Shown: positions 1 through 9,677 of the stretch, piece after piece
Layout: each line of letters starts with the position of its first letter
Position numbering within the stretch: position 1 is the first letter of the stretch
Notes under the pieces: model-generated
The model's database searches: none
Seen by the model: the letters and a program-made list of their open reading frames with translations, nothing else
Told to the model about the DNA's origin: nothing
Translations under genes and position numbers: made by a program
NCBI GenBank assembly: GCA_963798485.1
Contig: CAWCTR010000021.1
Span: 128,001-192,000 of the forward strand
Reading direction: 5' to 3'
Length of the DNA: 64,000 nt
DNA from: an uncultured delta proteobacterium
GTDB taxonomy: Bacteria > Desulfobacterota > Desulfomonilia > UBA1062

Positions 1-466
1 TCAGGTCTGAGGGGCTCATGGCGATCGGCTTGGTGTGGTCCACCTTGATGGGGGTGTAATGTGCCCGGTTGAGCAGCATAAAGAACTCATTTGCAAGGGC
101 GCACACAGCCTGGTAGAGGTCGCCATGCAATGCATCGAAAGACTCCTTGGCCTCGAACACCCTCAGGTCGAGACTCGAACCATCATCAAGATTGAAGGAG
201 AAGAGCCTTTCCATGGTGTCGATCTGGTAGAATGCCCCTGCGAGCTTCACCTCGACGGTGTAGTGGAGGATCTGTATGTATGCGATGTCTTTCTCTTGTT
301 TTGGTGTAAGCTCCGGGCCTTCGACGTTTGTGAAGTTCACTATGTCGAAGTCGGCAGCCAGTTCTCTCAGGCCCCACCAATAATCCAGGGCAGTGAGGTC
401 TTTATATTTTTCCTCCTTGTCTTTACCGTGGCACAGGTGACGGTCTATGGTCTGGGGCTTTCCCAT
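1..466 (-). CDS. Hypothetical protein, 3' end runs off the window (MGKPQTIDRHLCHGKDKEEKYKDLTALDYWWGLREL...)
   Basis: Manual translation: open frame from ATG at 466 to the window edge, with GGAG upstream. Divergent from selA. Absent from the ORF track because its stop lies outside the window. Confidence 0.75.
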   Translation of the reverse strand, partial: MGKPQTIDRHLCHGKDKEEKYKDLTALDYWWGLRELAADFDIVNFTNVEGPELTPKQEKDIAYIQILHYTVEVKLAGAFYQIDTMERLFSFNLDDGSSLDLRVFEAKESFDALHGDLYQAVCALANEFFMLLNRAHYTPIKVDHTKPIAMSPSDL

Positions 467-580
467 ATATATATGCTCCATAGGGATCAGCTCTCTTTGC
501 ATTGAAGAGGATATGCATCACCCCATAATTTATGTATATGGAAATAAGCGCAAGTGCAATAAGAGGCTTCAGGAGGAAGA

Positions 581-1951
581 ATGCCCAAGGATGAACCATA
601 CCGGAGCATACCAAAAGTGGACATGGTGCTGAAAGAGCCAATCCTTCAGGAGCTGCCTTATGATATGGCGATTATCAAGAGGCTCCTCAGGGACAAACTG
701 GACTTCATAAGGACGGCAATCACACAGGGCATGCTCACTGTAAGCCCTAATGCGTCCATTGTGGCCCGAGAGGTTGCAGGTCATGTCAGGACTGTCATGG
801 AATCTGGGCTGAAAGAAGTCATCAATGCCGCAGGCGTTGTCGTCTTCACTAATCTTGGCAGGGCCCCCATGGCGAAAGAGGCTATCGATGCGGTTCTTCA
901 TGTTGCATCTACCTATTCAGACCTGGAGTACAACCTTGCAGAAGGCAAGAGGGGCTCCAGGCAGGATCATATCCGTCCATTGACCATGGCCTGTTTTGGG
1001 GCACCCGATGCCCTGGTAGTCAACAACAATGCTGCTGCTGTTATGCTTGTAATCGCAAGCCTCGCAAAGGGCTGCGAGGTTATCATTTCACGCGGCGAGT
1101 TGGTGGAGATAGGCGGTTCTTTCCGGATGCCCGATGTAATGTCAATGAGCGGCGCCGTTATGAAAGAGGTCGGGACAACGAACAAGACCAAGATCACTGA
1201 TTATAAAAACGCCATCACAAACAATACTGCGCTCATCATGAAGGTGCACAGGAGCAACTTTTCCATCGTAGGATTCACCGAAGAGATGGGGATTGATGAT
1301 CTGTCCTCATTAAGCCGTGATTTCGGCATACCATTTTTTGTGGACATGGGTTCAGGTGTTCCCTTTGACCTCAGCCCATCAGGCATCAAAGGAGAATGGA
1401 CCATCCCCATGTGTCTCCAGCAGGGGGCTGATATCATCAGTTTCAGCGGAGACAAGGTGCTGGGCGGCCCCCAGGCAGGTATCATCCTTGGGAAGGCCGA
1501 GTTTATCGAGACTATGGCCAGGCACCCTCTTCACCGGGCCATAAGGGCGGACAAGCTCACCATAGCCGCATTGGCTGCAACGTTACGGCTCCTTGCCCAG
1601 GGCAGGATCGATCGTATCCCTGTGTTGAGGATGATAACCGAGCCGGTTGGCGATGTGAAGAAACGCGCCCAGCGGTTATCGAGGCTCATCAAGAATCATG
1701 GTCCCCGGATCGTCTCCACACAGGCAGTCATAGGCGGGGGGTCAGCGCCTACCAAGAGTTTCCCCTCTTACGGGGTGCTAATTCAGGACCCGCAGCCGCA
1801 GCAGTTGCTTGCAAGTCTCAGGTTATGCACCCCAGCCGTGCTCTGTCGGGTCGAGGAAGACTCGCTCATCTTTGACCTGAAGACTGTGGAACAACAGGAA
1901 ATCAGTATTCTGGCCCACAAGATCAACGAGGTGCTTTCCCGTGAAGCTTAA
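581..1951 (+). CDS. selA: L-seryl-tRNA(Sec) selenium transferase
   Basis: Motifs VINAAGVVVFTNLGRAP, VNNNAAA, RGELVEIGGSFRMPDVM, EVGTTNKT and FSGDKVLGGPQAG (PLP lysine); AGGAGG RBS. Confidence 0.97.
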   Translation: MPKDEPYRSIPKVDMVLKEPILQELPYDMAIIKRLLRDKLDFIRTAITQGMLTVSPNASIVAREVAGHVRTVMESGLKEVINAAGVVVFTNLGRAPMAKEAIDAVLHVASTYSDLEYNLAEGKRGSRQDHIRPLTMACFGAPDALVVNNNAAAVMLVIASLAKGCEVIISRGELVEIGGSFRMPDVMSMSGAVMKEVGTTNKTKITDYKNAITNNTALIMKVHRSNFSIVGFTEEMGIDDLSSLSRDFGIPFFVDMGSGVPFDLSPSGIKGEWTIPMCLQQGADIISFSGDKVLGGPQAGIILGKAEFIETMARHPLHRAIRADKLTIAALAATLRLLAQGRIDRIPVLRMITEPVGDVKKRAQRLSRLIKNHGPRIVSTQAVIGGGSAPTKSFPSYGVLIQDPQPQQLLASLRLCTPAVLCRVEEDSLIFDLKTVEQQEISILAHKINEVLSREA

Positions 1952-2846
1952 GGTAGGGTTTGCCCTGGGTGGGGGGGGTGTTCGAGGTCTTGCAAGCATC
2001 GGGGTATTAAAGGCGCTATTGGAATCCGGGATAATCCCTGATGTTATTGCAGGCACAAGTATGGGCGCCATTGTAGGCTCGCTCTATGCCGATAGTGGCG
2101 ATATCGGTTTTGTTGAGAGAACCATTACAAAGATGCTGACATCTGAGGAATTCCGCCAGAAGGTACGCAGGCTTTCCAGTTCAGGAGATATGGACAGGGG
2201 GTTTCTTGACAGAATATTTGAGACTGCAAAGAAAGGATATTTCTTTTACCGGTTTCTCTTCAGGGAATCGGTGGTATCTGCCGAGGCATTTTTCACAGAG
2301 ATTGACCGGATCATCCCGGATAAAAACTTCTTGGAACTCAAGGTCCCTTTTGCATGCATGGCGCTCGACATTGTCTCGGGATATCCTCAGATCCTGCATT
2401 CGGGTATGACCAGGCAGGCAGTAAAGGCATCGAGCGCCGTGCCCGGCATCCTGCCGCCTGTCGCAATCGACGGAAGGATGTGCGTTGACGGAGGCTGGGT
2501 GGAATCGGTTCCTATCTCGGCAGCCAGGGTACTTGGCGCAGGATTTGTAATAGGTGTGGATGTTTCCCGTGAGACAACCCCTATCGATTATAAGGAAGAG
2601 ATCAAGAACAGCATGGACATCCTCTTCAGGGCAGGAGACATCACCCGTTCGCTCATGAACACATTGAGGACACGTGATGCAGACTTTATCATAAACCCTG
2701 TCGTAGGTGATGCCCAATGGTCTGAGTTCGAAGATATCGAAACCTACATAACCGCCGGCTATCGGGCCGGGATAAAGGCCATCCCCGGCATTAGGAAGGC
2801 ATTGAGATCATCCAGGTTCAAGGCATTGCTGTGGATGAAAAGATAG
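1941..2846 (+). CDS. Patatin-like phospholipase (NTE/RssA family)
   Basis: GGGGVRG oxyanion loop, GTSMG nucleophile motif and DGG motif. Confidence 0.92.
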   Translation: MKLKVGFALGGGGVRGLASIGVLKALLESGIIPDVIAGTSMGAIVGSLYADSGDIGFVERTITKMLTSEEFRQKVRRLSSSGDMDRGFLDRIFETAKKGYFFYRFLFRESVVSAEAFFTEIDRIIPDKNFLELKVPFACMALDIVSGYPQILHSGMTRQAVKASSAVPGILPPVAIDGRMCVDGGWVESVPISAARVLGAGFVIGVDVSRETTPIDYKEEIKNSMDILFRAGDITRSLMNTLRTRDADFIINPVVGDAQWSEFEDIETYITAGYRAGIKAIPGIRKALRSSRFKALLWMKR

Positions 2847-3808
2847 ATTTTATTGCCGGGTATGCAGAATATGGCATCCGTTTGGATGTCATTCTTGCAA
2901 GGCATCTGTCCATTAGCCGGTCATTCGCGGCAAGGCTCATTGACGAAGGCCTAGTTATGGTTGAGGGCAGTGTGAGGCGGCCGTCATTCAAGCCTAAAAA
3001 CGGCATGAGGGTACATGGCGTTTATAGTACAATAGATAAGAGTGCACCGCTTAAGGCCTGTGAGATACCCCTTGATGTCATCTATGAAGACCAGTGGATC
3101 ATTGTCATCAACAAGCCCGCAGGTCTTACGGTTCATCCTGGAGCAGGCAATGCCGATGGCACATTGGTGAACGCGCTCTTGGACAAATACCCCATGATCA
3201 GGGGTGTAGGTGATCCCGGCAGGCCCGGCATTGTCCACCGGCTTGATAAGATGACCTCGGGGGTGATGGTGGTGGCAAGAAGCAACGATTCTTATTCAAT
3301 CCTGGCCAATGCATTTAAGACACATGAGCACAGCAGAGAGTATGTTGCCATATGCTATGGGCATATGCCGCAGACACAGGGCACCATCGAGACATTCATG
3401 CAGAGAAACCCCAAGGATAGAAAAAGGATGACCTCACATGCGGATAAAGGGAGAAGGGCTGTAACCCATTGGGAGGTAATCAGGCAGTGGAAGGGGTTCT
3501 CCTTACTGCTGCTCACTCTGCAGACCGGCAGGACCCACCAGATCCGCGTACACCTGTCCGACATGGACCATCCTGTTGTCGGGGATGCACAATACGGCGG
3601 CAGGAGGAGGGCAAACAGCATTGAAGATCCCCTCCTTCAATCATATATGAAGGCACTTGAAAGACAGATGCTCCATGCCCTCACCCTCGGTATCACGCAC
3701 CCGATCACGAATAAGCAGATGGAATTCAGAAGCGAGATGCCCGAAGATATGAATGGGGTAATCCGGATGCTTGATGAGAGGGACCCTTACTGGGTGAGGC
3801 GTGAATAG
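2831..3808 (+). CDS. rluD: RluA/RluD-family 23S rRNA pseudouridine synthase
   Basis: N-terminal S4 domain (RLDVIL...SRS); INKPAGLTVHPG, GIVHRLDKMTSG, TGRTHQIRVH and RQMLHA motifs. Confidence 0.93.
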   Translation: MDEKIDFIAGYAEYGIRLDVILARHLSISRSFAARLIDEGLVMVEGSVRRPSFKPKNGMRVHGVYSTIDKSAPLKACEIPLDVIYEDQWIIVINKPAGLTVHPGAGNADGTLVNALLDKYPMIRGVGDPGRPGIVHRLDKMTSGVMVVARSNDSYSILANAFKTHEHSREYVAICYGHMPQTQGTIETFMQRNPKDRKRMTSHADKGRRAVTHWEVIRQWKGFSLLLLTLQTGRTHQIRVHLSDMDHPVVGDAQYGGRRRANSIEDPLLQSYMKALERQMLHALTLGITHPITNKQMEFRSEMPEDMNGVIRMLDERDPYWVRRE

Positions 3809-3916
3809 TTAAAGACTGAAGAAACAGGTCTGGAAGGTTGCTGTCAGATAAACTGCCTTGGGCCATAAGTCACGTCGCCCCTTGACAATCAATCACCATT
3901 GCCCGATCATGCTATC

Positions 3917-4327
3917 ATGCAAAGGCTTGGAGACATACTGGCAAGGAGCAATGAACAGATAGGCCAGATCATGATGGTTCGCCAAAACTGGAAAGAAATT
4001 GCCGGTGAGGTGCTGTCTGTTCATGCTGAACCGGTCGTGATCAAGAAAAAGATCCTGCTGGTGATGTGCGATTCACCTGCGTGGGCCCAGCAGATAGGAA
4101 TGCTGACAAAGGTGCTTGAAAAGCAGATAAAGGACATAACCGGGATAAAGGTTCAGAAGGTGGAAGGCAAATTCGGCATGGTGCGGGAACCCCCTCAAAA
4201 GGGCAAAACCATACGGGTAATAAAGAAGCCGGATATAGACCCTGAGGATATGAAGTGGTTGAAAGACCCGAAGCTGGCAGAGGCGGTACGCGAATTGATC
4301 AGCCTGGACGGGATCGGCAATGACTGA
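3917..4327 (+). CDS. dciA: DciA (DUF721) replicative helicase operator family protein
   Basis: Pattern WKEIAGEVLSVHAEP...LLVMCDSPAWAQQI typical of DUF721. Start moved to ATG 3917. Confidence 0.75.
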   Translation: MQRLGDILARSNEQIGQIMMVRQNWKEIAGEVLSVHAEPVVIKKKILLVMCDSPAWAQQIGMLTKVLEKQIKDITGIKVQKVEGKFGMVREPPQKGKTIRVIKKPDIDPEDMKWLKDPKLAEAVRELISLDGIGND

Positions 4328-5006
4328 AGAGAGAAAGATTATAACGACTTCTCTGATGATATTGGCTGCATGCCTTATTGGGGTCTTCTCTCTGGTGGCA
4401 GTCTCATGCGATATGATCCCGCCTCTTACCTATACTAATCTTAAAACCCCTAAGGGCCTTCTTGATTTTCTTGAATCACGCCGCCAGGATTTACAGGCCA
4501 TAAAGGTGAACCGGCATATGCTGGAAATCGGCAAGAGACCATCCTTGCAAGTTCTCAAGGGCTATAACCATGTGATGTATCAGATGAGGCCCTATCGACA
4601 GATAAACCTGAAATTCAGAAATTTTACCAAGGCCGAGCTCATGGACTTCTGTACGAATATCACAGCAGGCGGCCTGGAGAACCTGAGGGCCTTAATAGCA
4701 TCGGGCACTGGATATTCCCCGGCATGGAAGGGTGCCATAAAGGGGCGCAAGGTTGAAATCGTAAGGGTGACCCAGTTCAGCTATCTTGTTACCGGCCTGG
4801 CGGATAAGCCGCTTTTCATGGGGCAAGTAGATCTTGCCAAGCGTCTTGGAATGGACGATGCGTCTATATTGAGCTCTTTGATCCCCTTGCAAGACAGCTG
4901 GCTCGAAAATTTCAAAGCAGATATATCCATGGGTAAACCTTATCCGGTAGTTTTTTTAGGTAAATCGCGTGATAACCTTATCGAATGGCTTGGTGTTTCT
5001 GAATGA
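4320..5006 (+). CDS. Hypothetical lipoprotein
   Basis: Hydrophobic signal peptide ending in a lipobox-like VAVS-C; overlaps the dciA stop. Confidence 0.65.
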   Translation: MTEERKIITTSLMILAACLIGVFSLVAVSCDMIPPLTYTNLKTPKGLLDFLESRRQDLQAIKVNRHMLEIGKRPSLQVLKGYNHVMYQMRPYRQINLKFRNFTKAELMDFCTNITAGGLENLRALIASGTGYSPAWKGAIKGRKVEIVRVTQFSYLVTGLADKPLFMGQVDLAKRLGMDDASILSSLIPLQDSWLENFKADISMGKPYPVVFLGKSRDNLIEWLGVSE

Positions 5007-5131
5007 AATCGGATCGCAAACCTAATCAGTCATGGGTATATCATATTCTGTATGCGCACTCACTCCCTTACCAAAACTAGATTGCTGAAATCCTGATAAT
5101 TCATCCACATATAAGGGGATGACAAAAAAAC

Positions 5132-5166
5132 CCCAGATAACCTCATACTATGTCCGATTATCTGGG
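5132..5166 (-). terminator. Hairpin downstream of tRNA-Leu, followed by a U-run on the minus strand
   Basis: CCCAGATAA...TTATCTGGG inverted repeat next to an A7 run on the plus strand. Confidence 0.55.
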
Positions 5167-5176
5167 AATATTTGAT

Positions 5177-5263
5177 TGGTGCCGGGAACAGGACTTGAAC
5201 CTGCACGAGCTTGCACCCACTAGAACCTGAATCTAGCGCGTCTGCCAATTCCGCCATCCCGGC
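5177..5263 (-). tRNA. tRNA-Leu (anticodon CAG)
   Basis: Reverse complement GCCGGGATGGCGGAATTGGCAGACGCGCTAGATTCAGGTTCTAGTGGGTGCAAGCTCGTGCAGGTTCAAGTCCTGTTCCCGGCACCA: acceptor stem, CTAGA-TTCAGGT-TCTAG anticodon arm, long variable arm, GTTCAA T-loop, encoded CCA. Confidence 0.97.
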
Positions 5264-5335
5264 ATGCTTTCGCTTGAAAACATTCAGTGTTTCCCCTATA
5301 GTTTGGAACCTAATAAAAGTCAAGGATGGATGTGG

Positions 5336-6289
5336 ATGGAAGTCTTCAGGGGCACTGAGGCTATGAGTAAAGATATGTTGAAAAAGCCGGTGATCACTAT
5401 CGGAAATTTCGACGGATGCCACAAAGGCCATCAGGAGATATTCCGCCGGACACGCACCCATGCATCGCGTATTGGCGGAGTTTCCGTGGCATACACCTTT
5501 GACCCCCATCCTGCTTCAGTTATTAAAGGTATCACCCCTCAGCTTATCTTTACCTTAGATGAAAAGATCAAGGCCATTGAATCGTTAGGCATGGACTGTC
5601 TCATCATTGCACCCTTTACCAGAGAATATGCTGACACCCAGCCAGAGGTGTTTCTGAAGGAGACCATTGTTCGCAGGCTCGGGGCATCCGGTATGGTGGT
5701 GGGGCACGATTTTTCTTTTGGTAAAAAGGCGCTGGGAGATATCCCTTTTCTTAAGCGCATGGGTTTCAAGATGGGGTTTTTTGTAGAATGCGTAGACCCG
5801 GTAATTATAAATGGAGAGGTGATATCAAGTACACGAATCAGGAAGCTGATACAATCGGGAGACGTAACAAGCGCTGCAAGACTCATGCTTCATCCCTACC
5901 GTATTGACGGCCCGGTCATCCACGGTATGGCAAGAGGGAGAGGTCTTGGGTATCCAACGGCGAATATCCAGCCCAATAAGGCCCTGCTGCCGGCATACGG
6001 GGTTTATGCCGTACGCGTGTACAATAAAGATCAAGCATGGGATGCGATCGTTAATATTGGAAACAATCCCACCTTTGGGGATGTAAGTACCTCCATCGAG
6101 GCATTTTTGTTCGACTTTGAGGGAGATCTCTACAATACAGAGATCACGGTGGAATTTATCGAGCACATCCGCGGCGAGATCAAGTTTGCCGACAAGCGGT
6201 ACCTCATTGAGCAGATCGAGGCTGACTGTCTCAAGGCCAGAGAGATCCTCAAGAAAAGGCATATAAGTGAAGATATTCGCCATATCTGA
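5336..6289 (+). CDS. ribF: Bifunctional riboflavin kinase/FAD synthetase
   Basis: TIGNFDGCHKGHQ, TFDPHP, VGHDFSFG, ISSTRIR, GRGLGYPTANI and NIGNNPTF motifs. Start placed at ATG 5336. Confidence 0.96.
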   Translation: MEVFRGTEAMSKDMLKKPVITIGNFDGCHKGHQEIFRRTRTHASRIGGVSVAYTFDPHPASVIKGITPQLIFTLDEKIKAIESLGMDCLIIAPFTREYADTQPEVFLKETIVRRLGASGMVVGHDFSFGKKALGDIPFLKRMGFKMGFFVECVDPVIINGEVISSTRIRKLIQSGDVTSAARLMLHPYRIDGPVIHGMARGRGLGYPTANIQPNKALLPAYGVYAVRVYNKDQAWDAIVNIGNNPTFGDVSTSIEAFLFDFEGDLYNTEITVEFIEHIRGEIKFADKRYLIEQIEADCLKAREILKKRHISEDIRHI

Positions 6290-6977
6290 TCTCCATCTCT
6301 CGTTTCATGCAGACAAACCCATGGACATCTTCGGTTCACACTGGGAGGATCACCCCCAACGGCTCAAGAATGCCTGGGGTGAAGCAGTCAAAGATTGCGA
6401 TATTGTGCTTATCCCTGGAGACATCTCTTGGTCTATGAAACTTCATGACGCTGCATCCGACCTTGAATTCATCGACGCCTTGCCCGGTACAAAGGTGATC
6501 ATAAAAGGGAACCATGACTACTGGTGGAGTTCTTTCAGCAAGGTGAAGCAGATCCTGCCCAAGTCTATTATTCCCCTTCAGAACACAGCAATCATGTTCG
6601 GGCATATTGGTATTGCAGGCTCGCGGCTCTGGATCGACCCGGACCTCAGGCTGGAAGCAGCAACCGATGAAGACCGCAAGATCCATGAACGTGAGTTGGG
6701 AAGATTTGCACTGTCCCTGAAGGCATTAAACAATGATGCACATTTGAGGATCATTATGACTCACTTTCCGCCCATTTCTTTAGAAGGGAAGCCTGGCAAT
6801 GCCGTTCATATAGCGACCCCCTTCAGATGTTCTATCTGGGTATTCGGTCATATGCATTTGGGTACGGTAAACTATAACGGATTTGATCGTACCATAGGCA
6901 CAACAAGGTTCCAGTTTGTATCGGCAGACTTCCTCGACTTTTGTCCCAAACTTATCTATGATACGGATAATCCTTGA
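6267..6977 (+). CDS. Calcineurin-like metallophosphoesterase
   Basis: SDLH, GD, GNHDYWW, THFPP and FGHMH metal-binding motifs. Confidence 0.92.
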   Translation: MKIFAISDLHLSFHADKPMDIFGSHWEDHPQRLKNAWGEAVKDCDIVLIPGDISWSMKLHDAASDLEFIDALPGTKVIIKGNHDYWWSSFSKVKQILPKSIIPLQNTAIMFGHIGIAGSRLWIDPDLRLEAATDEDRKIHERELGRFALSLKALNNDAHLRIIMTHFPPISLEGKPGNAVHIATPFRCSIWVFGHMHLGTVNYNGFDRTIGTTRFQFVSADFLDFCPKLIYDTDNP

Positions 6978-7066
6978 AGTTGATACTTGTTTTTCATGAT
7001 CATATAGGTGTATTTTAAGAAGTTAAGAACATTATAACATTTCATACATTGATTTGAGGGAGAGAG

Positions 7067-7816
7067 ATGGATAAGAAATTAAAGATGTCCGGGCTGTCGC
7101 GGATAGAAAAATCTCCTGATATACCGACACTGGTCATGAATCAGATTATAGAGCTCATATCGCAAGGAAAGCTCAAGATCGGCGATAAATTGCCTTCAGA
7201 GCAGGAGATGACCCAGCTCTTCGGGATCAGCAGGATCTCGTTAAGAGAGGCCATGAAGCTTCTTGAGGCCAAAGGTTACATCGAATCAAGAGATAGGAAA
7301 GGGAAGTTTGTCAAATCGCTGACCGACAAGGTGAAATCCTCCATAGAAGACCTTATATCCGTTGATCATGAAAAGATTTGGGAACTGCTTGCCGTTCGCA
7401 GACTCATCGACTCAGAGGCAGCTTATCTTGCTGCCAAAAACGTCTCAAAAGAACAGAAGAATCGTTTCAAAAAGATTATCGCCGTTCTCGACAAGATCGG
7501 TATTGAAAAGATACTCACCTCTAAAGAAGGGGGCATACTGTATTCAGACTTCTTCGATATCATGGCGGATTCCACCAGGAATACCATATTTTTACACCTG
7601 AGGAAATCTGTTACAACCATATTAACAGGCGCTTTCCCCTTCAGCAGGAAACAATTATCCACTGTACCAGGCAGTTCCAAGGACATCACCAAACAACTGA
7701 TGAAGATTTATGATGCCATCGAGAATAGAGACCCTGATGCCGCCAAGGCTGCAACCATAGAACATATCGACTACATCGAGAAGTCATTGAGAAGGGCTTT
7801 AAAGGAAGAAAAATAA
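7067..7816 (+). CDS. GntR family (FadR subfamily) transcriptional regulator
   Basis: Winged HTH GDKLPSEQEMTQLFGISRISLREAMKLL plus a C-terminal FCD domain. Confidence 0.92.
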   Translation: MDKKLKMSGLSRIEKSPDIPTLVMNQIIELISQGKLKIGDKLPSEQEMTQLFGISRISLREAMKLLEAKGYIESRDRKGKFVKSLTDKVKSSIEDLISVDHEKIWELLAVRRLIDSEAAYLAAKNVSKEQKNRFKKIIAVLDKIGIEKILTSKEGGILYSDFFDIMADSTRNTIFLHLRKSVTTILTGAFPFSRKQLSTVPGSSKDITKQLMKIYDAIENRDPDAAKAATIEHIDYIEKSLRRALKEEK

Positions 7817-7890
7817 TTTGTTCTCGTATTGACATTGTGAGATGTGACCTTATCTAGGGATTACTGATAAAATTCCCTGGGAGGTTATGT

Positions 7891-8343
7891 ATGATAGCTA
7901 TTGGTGATACAGTTGGAAATTTCACCCTAAAGGACCAGCATGGCAAGGACTTCACCCTCTCTGAATATGCAGGCAAAAAGGTGCTGCTCTCGTTTCATCC
8001 TTTGGCATGGACCAGCGTTTGCGCCAAGCAGATGCAATCGCTCGAGGAAAATAGAGAATCGTTTGAGAAGAAAAACACTTTAGCAGTGGGTGTAAGCGTG
8101 GACAGCACACCATGCAAGAAGGCCTGGGCGAAAGAGCTGAAGATAGAAAACACCAGGTTACTTTCCGACTTCTGGCCCCACGGAGGGCTTGCGAACATGC
8201 TCGGTATTTTCAGGGATAAAGAAGGCTTCTCCGAACGGGCTAACATTATCATTGATGAAAAAGGGCATGCAATGTTCATCAAGGTATACCCTATTCACGA
8301 GCTTCCTGATATTAATGAGATCCTTTTATTTATAAACACATGA
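7891..8343 (+). CDS. Peroxiredoxin (AhpE/BCP-like redoxin)
   Basis: PxxxTxxC active site (PLAWTSVC), LLSDFWPHG and SERA motifs. Confidence 0.9.
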   Translation: MIAIGDTVGNFTLKDQHGKDFTLSEYAGKKVLLSFHPLAWTSVCAKQMQSLEENRESFEKKNTLAVGVSVDSTPCKKAWAKELKIENTRLLSDFWPHGGLANMLGIFRDKEGFSERANIIIDEKGHAMFIKVYPIHELPDINEILLFINT

Positions 8344-8374
8344 TCTCCTTGCATTTGGTTATCACATGAACTAA

Positions 8375-9643
8375 GTGCAGCCAATGATTGAGAGCATGCC
8401 CCATCTGGTTTTTGCAGACCGCAACGCTAACATCATGGATTTCCCAGGACTTGCTATGCTGGGTCGCAGCGGAGATTATTTTCTGCCAGTTTCCGAGCCG
8501 GACACAATACCTTTGCCCAAGGGGGCGCAGCTCTATGTTCTTCCAGATAGGCAACCAATAGGGCTGGATCGTGAAACCGGTGAGGTCGTGACGCTGAGCG
8601 AGAATCCCTATGACGGATCATATCCGGTCTTTGCTGTTGCTGCCTTCCTTCCGGCAGCCCATACCCAGACATATATAGCTGCTTGGGAGCGATCTCTGTG
8701 TGCAGTTGAACTCCCCCTGTTCGCATACACAGCCCTGGGCTGGAACGATGGCTTCGTGACAACAGCCACGCGGACCGACCCCTCCATAAGACAGGACCCT
8801 GACACATTTAACCATGAACACGTGGAGAAGGGTATAAGGGAATGGAAGGAGGAGTTGTATGGGAACAGGCTTGTTGATCATCTGTGCCATTGTGCTTCAG
8901 TATATGGCTGTCCTGCGGCGCTCAATCTATTTCAAGGCCGGGAGGAGGCACCCCTGCCCACATCGCCCTCATGCAATGCCTCCTGTGTAGGATGCATTTC
9001 AAAGCAGCCGAGTGATAGGCCGCCTTCGCCCCAGGACCGCATCCGCTTTGTACCGAGCCCCGAAGAGATCGCCGAAGTAGCCTTGAAGCACATAAGCACA
9101 GCCCTGGAACCGGTTGTAAGCTTTGGCCAGGGGTGCGAGGGCGAGCCGCTCATGGCAGCCGACACCATAAGGGATGCAATTGTGCTTATCAGAAAAAAAA
9201 CATCTATAGGGACAATAAACCTGAATACCAATGCGAGCTTGCCTCATAAGGTTGCAGAGCTTGCCGATGCAGGGCTTGACAGTATACGTATCAGCATGAA
9301 CTCACCAAGAGAAAATACCTATCAAGTCTATTTCAGGCAAACATACCCCTTTGAAGCCCTTGCCAATAGTGCATTGGAGATGAAGAAAAGACACCGGTTT
9401 GTATCAGTGAACCTGTTTGTATTCCCCGGCCTCACGGATGCCCCGAGAGAGGTAGATGCCCTGAGACGCTTCATAGACACTACCGGTGTAGACATGATCC
9501 AATGGCGTAATCTCAATATTGACCCGGATGTATACCTGGAAAGAATCGGTCAGAAACTCCCTGCAGGCATCGGCATCAGGCGACTCATCGAGAGCATCCC
9601 GCAGAGAAGGGGTTATTTTAATCCGTATTTAGGGATGAAATAA
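8375..9643 (+). CDS. Radical SAM protein of unknown function
   Basis: CxxxCxxC motif (CNASCVGC) and SFGQGCEGEP; long N-terminal domain. True start may be ATG 8384. Confidence 0.88.
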   Translation: MQPMIESMPHLVFADRNANIMDFPGLAMLGRSGDYFLPVSEPDTIPLPKGAQLYVLPDRQPIGLDRETGEVVTLSENPYDGSYPVFAVAAFLPAAHTQTYIAAWERSLCAVELPLFAYTALGWNDGFVTTATRTDPSIRQDPDTFNHEHVEKGIREWKEELYGNRLVDHLCHCASVYGCPAALNLFQGREEAPLPTSPSCNASCVGCISKQPSDRPPSPQDRIRFVPSPEEIAEVALKHISTALEPVVSFGQGCEGEPLMAADTIRDAIVLIRKKTSIGTINLNTNASLPHKVAELADAGLDSIRISMNSPRENTYQVYFRQTYPFEALANSALEMKKRHRFVSVNLFVFPGLTDAPREVDALRRFIDTTGVDMIQWRNLNIDPDVYLERIGQKLPAGIGIRRLIESIPQRRGYFNPYLGMK

Positions 9644-9650
9644 TTGCATA

Positions 9651-9674
9651 ATCGCGCCTAAAGGCGCTCCTACA
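9651..9674 (-). repeat. GTAG-family REP-like palindrome between convergent genes
   Basis: Minus strand reads TGTAGGAGCGCCTTTAGGCGCGAT: a GTAG tetranucleotide followed by a GCGCC/GGCGC palindrome. Confidence 0.6.
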
Positions 9675-9677
9675 ATC

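Noticed and set aside
5006-5263. tRNA-Leu as an integration site for an island or prophage
   Set aside because: No integrase and no duplicated tRNA 3' end. The partial GGTGCCGGAACA match near 61931 lies inside aor and is likely chance.
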